From positions 1,013,426 to 1,077,425 of the forward strand of contig CAWJGJ010000002.1 in NCBI GenBank assembly GCA_963842395.1: DNA of 64,000 bases, read 5' to 3'. Origin of the DNA: an uncultured Acidimicrobiales bacterium. Lineage in GTDB: Bacteria; Actinomycetota; Acidimicrobiia; Acidimicrobiales; VFJN01. The translations under genes and the position numbers were made by a program. A model generated the notes under the pieces. It had not been told where the DNA came from and did no database searches. It saw only the letters and a program-made list of their open reading frames with translations. Numbering within the stretch: the first letter of the stretch is position 1; each line of letters opens with the position of its first letter. This document shows, in pieces, positions 60,501-64,000 of this stretch.

Positions 60501-62584
60501 ACCGGGTTGGTGGCCGCCACCATCCGACCCGCGGCGTCGTAGTCGTAGCCCCAGGTGCCGCCCGCCGGGTCGTGGACCAGCGAAAGCATGCCGGTGCCGG
60601 TGTAGCTGAAGCCCCACTTCGCACCGCCCGGCGCCGACAGCCCGGTCAGCCGCTCGAGGTGGTCGTGCGACAGCTCGAGCTCGGCGCCCAGTGCGTCGAT
60701 GATGCGCTGGACCGCGCCGTGGGCGCCGTGCTCGAACGAGGTGTGCGCCCCGTCGGGCCCGACCAGCCCCGCGAGCCGGCCGGCCGCCGTCCACTCGACC
60801 GTGTGCTCGTCGCCGAGCGGCGTGCGCAGCGTCAGCATGCGGCCCGCGTCGTCGCGGTCGACCTCGTAGGTGGCGCCGTCGGGATAGGTGACCCGGCTGG
60901 CCAGGCCGCTGACGTGGGGCACGGTGGTCGTGGTGGCGCCCAGCCCGTTGGTGACGGCCACCACGTTGCCGTCCGCGTCGTGGTCGAACCGCACGGTCAC
61001 CCCGTCGGCGTCGGTGAGCGCCGTGACCAGGCCTCCGACCGACTCGACCCGCATCTCCCACCCCTCGGGGCCGTGGAGGCGCGCGGGCAGCGGCGTGGCG
61101 CCGGCGTAGTCGATGAGCAGCTCGGCGCCGCCCTCGACCTGGTGGGACGTGAGCCGCCCGGCGTCGTCGTACGACCAGCGCTCGTCGACGCCGTCGGGGC
61201 CGACGCGCGTGGCCGACCGGCCGTCGGCGGCGACGTCCTGGCGCCGGACCGCACCGTCGAACCCGACCGCCTCGACACAGCGACCCTCCGCATCGAAGCG
61301 GCGCCGCATGTGGTGGCCCTGATGGTCGACCAGGCCCACCAGCCGGCCGGCGTGGTCGTGCTCGAAGATGCTGACCGGCCCGTCCTCGGTGTCGGACACC
61401 ACGGTCCGGTTGCCCGGGTGGTACGCGAACCGGGTCTCGCGCCCGAACGGCGACACCTGCGCCCGGACCCGGCCCTCGGCGCCGTAGCTGTTGCGGCACA
61501 GCCGCACGCCGTCGCCGTCCCACACCTCCACCACCCGGCCGTCGCCGTCGGTCACGTAGCGGCGGGCTCCCAGCACCCGCGCGGCGCCCACGAGGTCGCC
61601 CGCGTCGTCGTACCGGTAGGACGCGGAGCGGCCGCAGGACGAGCGCACAGCCACGACGCGGGCGCCGTCCCACTCGAGCGCGAGGGTGCGCCCGCCCTCG
61701 TGGGCGAGCGACGTGAGCAGGCCGCCCGTGTACCCGAACGTGAACGTGCCCGTGGCCGGCGACGTGACCGTGGCCACCAGCCCGTCGGCCCCGAACGCCC
61801 ACACCGCGTTCGGGTCGTCCGCGTGGCGGTCCCACCGCAGCTCCCAGCCGCCGTCGTCGCCCGGGTCGCGCACGAGCGTGGCCGCCACCCCGGGCACCCG
61901 CCGGTACCCGCCCGGCTCGTCGACCGCCAGCGACGGCACGAACACGGCGAGCTGGCCGTCCGGGCCCTGGTAGCCGACCGAGCCGTCGTCGCCCTCGAGC
62001 AGTGCGACCGACGCCCACGACGCCCAGCCCCGGCCGAACGGCCCGCCGGACACGAAGCGGGACGAGTAGGTGCGCCGCCACCGGAGCAGGGCGAGCCTGT
62101 CGGGCCAGGTGAAGTCGTCCTCGGCCTCCATGAAGTGCCCCGTGGCCGTGCACACGGGGTCGTTCACCCAGCCCGAGGTGCGGGGCGTCCCCGCCGCCAC
62201 CGGGATGTCGACGGTCACCGCGGGCCGGTCGGCCAGCAGGGCGGCGGGATCGAAGCCCGCGGCGGTGGCCGCGGCGTCGAAAGCAGCCGAGAACGCGCCC
62301 TCGTCGACCACCGCCAGGCCGTCGCCCGTGAGGGTGGCGTCGGCGTCGAGGAAGGCCTGCCGCACCACGTCCACGAACGACTCGTCCAGCTCGTAGCGGG
62401 TCATGAAGCCCGGGAGCTCGACCTCCATGAGGTCGTAGTTGCCCACGTAGGACGACCCCGACCACTGGAAGCGGTCGTAGGAGGCACGCAGGCTCCTTAT
62501 CCGGCCTGCGAGCTCACCCCTGATCGAGGCGGCGGCGTCGACGAACGCCTGCAGCGTCCCCGGCTTGGCGGATGCGGTCCCCAT
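57557..62584 (-). CDS. Rhs/YD-repeat polymorphic toxin: N-terminal helical domain, DUF6531, YD repeats, Rhs core, Gly-rich TM linker, Tse2-like ADP-ribosyltransferase tip
   Basis: DPVCTATGHF..RTYSS..GPFGRGW; many YDxxGRL repeats; RVYDAGTRQFLTPDP..YHYAANDPVGLADPLGL; tip GASTF..YHRLPAGTDLPDGFAVVAD..HHTIYP..M..EF. Confidence 0.93.
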   Translation of the reverse strand: MGTASAKPGTLQAFVDAAASIRGELAGRIRSLRASYDRFQWSGSSYVGNYDLMEVELPGFMTRYELDESFVDVVRQAFLDADATLTGDGLAVVDEGAFSAAFDAAATAAGFDPAALLADRPAVTVDIPVAAGTPRTSGWVNDPVCTATGHFMEAEDDFTWPDRLALLRWRRTYSSRFVSGGPFGRGWASWASVALLEGDDGSVGYQGPDGQLAVFVPSLAVDEPGGYRRVPGVAATLVRDPGDDGGWELRWDRHADDPNAVWAFGADGLVATVTSPATGTFTFGYTGGLLTSLAHEGGRTLALEWDGARVVAVRSSCGRSASYRYDDAGDLVGAARVLGARRYVTDGDGRVVEVWDGDGVRLCRNSYGAEGRVRAQVSPFGRETRFAYHPGNRTVVSDTEDGPVSIFEHDHAGRLVGLVDHQGHHMRRRFDAEGRCVEAVGFDGAVRRQDVAADGRSATRVGPDGVDERWSYDDAGRLTSHQVEGGAELLIDYAGATPLPARLHGPEGWEMRVESVGGLVTALTDADGVTVRFDHDADGNVVAVTNGLGATTTTVPHVSGLASRVTYPDGATYEVDRDDAGRMLTLRTPLGDEHTVEWTAAGRLAGLVGPDGAHTSFEHGAHGAVQRIIDALGAELELSHDHLERLTGLSAPGGAKWGFSYTGTGMLSLVHDPAGGTWGYDYDAAGRMVAATNPVGDQVHQRYDVAGRLAEVIDPTGHATRYTRDAQGRLVTEDGPGGATVAYEWDAWGRPARVRFPDGDTLAYTYTPAGRVRTATTAEGRGWTSEYDRAGRLASLTDARGAVTRFAWDACDRLVATTSPEGRTETRTYDLGGRVVATSRGGRTWRAGYDHAGRVTSVTDPLGATRRYRYDLRGKLVAATDPLGNTVRMRYDERGDPVAVLDAFGGLVSTTYDAMRRPVAVTDQLGRTTRTERDAAGRAVRRELPTGDVVEWRRDGRGRATDVRLNGRDAVVFDRDGAGRPVLVHEPARNRTFTLGWSRGGRLASLDVDGAVTRWGRDRDGLVVSRTDPAGRGVSYARDAAGRLTSAAGDGWGTVELDRDLDGRLVALRADGVARSWDRDAGGVVVGYRETGPAGERATTLVRDAAGRVVEATTGGAAAGGGVTRYAYDAAGQLVGAVTPGGAWTWRYDEAGRLVAEEGPDGVTSYTYDDAHQLLGVTGPAGTTAFAYDAAGRRTEETGPARSRRFAWDGLGRLTGVDLGQGERAVDVDALGHLAGIGGTRFAWDPTGPVAELVAVDDREVVTVAGQALGTVGDPPGGPGETVRWLGADWRGSADAAGAAERDPWGAPTGDAVDGAGAGAEPGPGFLGELDLGGLTWLRHRVYDAGTRQFLTPDPLPGVPGVPVAAHPYHYAANDPVGLADPLGLQPLSIDQYNEIRAQETGWQWQNIGTVALVGLTVASFFIPGGPIIATLVGAGLGMAPGLIQGVTTGNWDAGAIIKGGLVGGVTGRVGFAFGGAGSSLTNAMLRGGGAGATSGVLTEGYDMLPFPGSDGQFDMENVAIETVVGTATGGMGYRFGPGSTAGAGGGDAPPIHHETTTPVDLHAFGNRAAPRPPRPSPDMEIVDGVFVAEEPPLPHGASTFADPNQAGLTGQYHRLPAGTDLPDGFAVVADGSDVVPGSPQPPTHHTIYPTRDMPPEEFTQGFNDLPWQHEGKIK

Positions 62585-62631
62585 GGGGGCGATGAAACCA
62601 CACCGGGGCGCTCCCGTAGACTCGCCCCTCC

Positions 62632-63096
62632 ATGGGGGACATCTGGGCCGCCGCCAACGTCAACTTCGCCTTCGACGAGGCGCTGCAGGCCGCACGCGAC
62701 CTGTACGAGCTGGCGGGGGTGGTCGACACGAAGCACGACGCCCGGGCGGACGAGGCCCGCACGGCGGTCGACGGCTGGGAGGGCGGCCACCGCCTGGCCT
62801 TCGACACGAAGCTGACGACCGAGGGCACCGACGCCGAGACCATCCGCGCCGCCCTGGTCAGCCTGGCCGGGACGTTCGCCTCCGAGTGGGCGGCCGCCCG
62901 CGGTGAGCAGGACCGCATCAACCACGCCCGCTACGTGAAGCACGAGAAGGACAACGACAGCTGGGCCGAGGACGGCGTCGAGTGGATCGCGGGCGAGGAC
63001 GACTACGGCGCCCCGCCGGGCGACCCCGGCGTGCCCGAGCCGCCCGGCTACGAGCCCACCCGCGACCCCGTCCACCCGGAGTTCGAGAACGGCTGA
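62632..63096 (+). CDS. WXG100-like protein with Pro-rich tail, divergent from the Rhs gene
   Basis: Central WEG (DGWEGGHRLAFD); TAGACT lies 9 nt before the ATG. Confidence 0.78.
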   Translation: MGDIWAAANVNFAFDEALQAARDLYELAGVVDTKHDARADEARTAVDGWEGGHRLAFDTKLTTEGTDAETIRAALVSLAGTFASEWAAARGEQDRINHARYVKHEKDNDSWAEDGVEWIAGEDDYGAPPGDPGVPEPPGYEPTRDPVHPEFENG

Positions 63097-64000
63097 GCGC
63101 CGGCGGGCGCGGTCGGGGCGACGTAGACGTTGACCTTCCCGACCGCTCCTCCCGGCGCCAGGCCCACGCCGATCACGGTCGTCTCCCACGCCGGCGCGGC
63201 CGCCGGACCGTTCGACGGCCGCCTCCAGTGCGGCCAGGGCGGTGGGCTCGCCGTGCCGCTCGACGATGTCGTATGCCAACCGGGCCATGCCCACCGCGTC
63301 GAGGCCCAGCGCCTTGGCGGGCAGGTGGAGCGACAACCCCTCGGCTCCGGAGTCGGTGCACACGAACAGCGGGCGGCGCCACACCCGATCGCCCACCTCG
63401 GCGCGGCGCAGGAGCTCGGCGACCGGGCCGAGCTCGGCACCGAACCGGCGGGCGACCACGGCCAGTCCGGCTGCGTTGGCGCCCCGGGTGCGCAGGTAGA
63501 GCTTGTGCGCCAGGTGCCCGGCGGCGTCGACCTCGACGGTCGTGAAGTGTGGCGCCAGGAACGCGAGGTCGGCCGACCTGCGGTGCAGGTCTGCCAGGGC
63601 GGGCCAGCGGCGGGCGAGCCGGTCGAGCGCTGACCCGGCGGCCTCCCGCGGCTCGGGGGCCGCACGCAGGTTGCCGTAGAGCTTGAGCCCCGCCAGCCCG
63701 GCCGGCACCCGCTCGTCGTGCACGATGCCGAAGGTGGTGGCGAAGCGGGTGCGGGCCGGCACGGCGGCCGGGTCGGGGAACAGCAGGTCGACGGCCCGCC
63801 CCAGCTCGTCGCCTGCGGCCCGTGCGCCGGCAGGTAGGCAGCGCCACCAGATCCGCCAGCGCCGCGCGCTGCGCCGCCAGGCGGGGCCCGAAGAACGGCA
63901 TGCCCGTGGCGGTCTCGGTCACGTAGCGCAGCGCCGCCGAGGCCCGGTCGCCGCCCCCGGTGACGCTGGCCTCGAACGGCACGCCCGAGGGCGTGATGGC
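63048..64000 (-). CDS. Partial ABBA/DMATS-like aromatic prenyltransferase (5' end outside the window; frameshifts near 63840 and 63205)
   Basis: ITPSGVPFEASV, LRYVTE, LKLYGNL, HKLYLR, KVNVYVAP, spread across ORFs 63173, 62497 and 63048. Confidence 0.55.
   Translation of the reverse strand, partial: HHALGRAVRGQRHRGRRPGLGGAALRDRDRHGHAVLRAPPGGAARGAGGSGGAAYLPAHGPQATSWGGPSTCCSPTRPPCRPAPASPPPSASCTTSGCRPGWRGSSSTATCVRPPSRGRPPGQRSTGSPAAGPPWQTCTAGRPTSRSWRHTSRPSRSTPPGTWRTSSTCAPGAPTQPDWPWSPAGSVPSSARSPSSCAAPRWAIGCGAARCSCAPTPEPRGCRSTCPPRRWASTRWAWPGWHTTSSSGTASPPPWPHWRRPSNGPAAAPAWETTVIGVGLAPGGAVGKVNVYVAPTAPAGAQPFSNSGWTGSRVGS

Noticed and set aside
57092-62815. 1907-aa plus-strand ORF and other very long antisense ORFs (12554..15922, 39900..43070)
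   Set aside because: Shadow ORFs opposite well-supported genes, expected at this GC content; no motifs.

Overview
Very GC-rich actinobacterial chromosome segment; gene content and order suggest class Acidimicrobiia (inference). The housekeeping backbone on the minus strand is glmU(short)-prs-rplY-pth and mfd-SurA-like-mazG-eno-ftsB/divIC ... DUF501-ppx-aminotransferase-RimJ-like. A split cytochrome bc1-aa3 locus is present (ctaCDF on +, ctaE-qcrCAB on -, ctaG). Accessory DNA includes: a ~10 kb block bracketed by inverted doublets of a 53-bp hairpin repeat; two loci that each pair a WXG100-like protein with a large protein carrying a related N-terminal domain (one is an Rhs toxin with a Tse2-like ADP-ribosyltransferase tip plus a candidate immunity gene); a Tad/Flp pilus cluster with no ATPase in the window; a DUF1707-adenylate cyclase fusion; an FtsH paralogue coupled to a lipoprotein; and a partial ABBA/DMATS-like prenyltransferase. 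The most unusual signal is a set of small insertions (92, 32 and 14 bp, all 3n-1) at start codons or stop/start overlaps. Each encodes a mini-ORF whose stop overlaps the downstream start, so translational coupling is kept. Many short frameshifts occur, even in ordinary genes, and probably reflect long-read indel errors. No rRNA, tRNA, CRISPR-cas, integrase or transposase was recognised. All family calls come from motif recognition by eye, not database searches.
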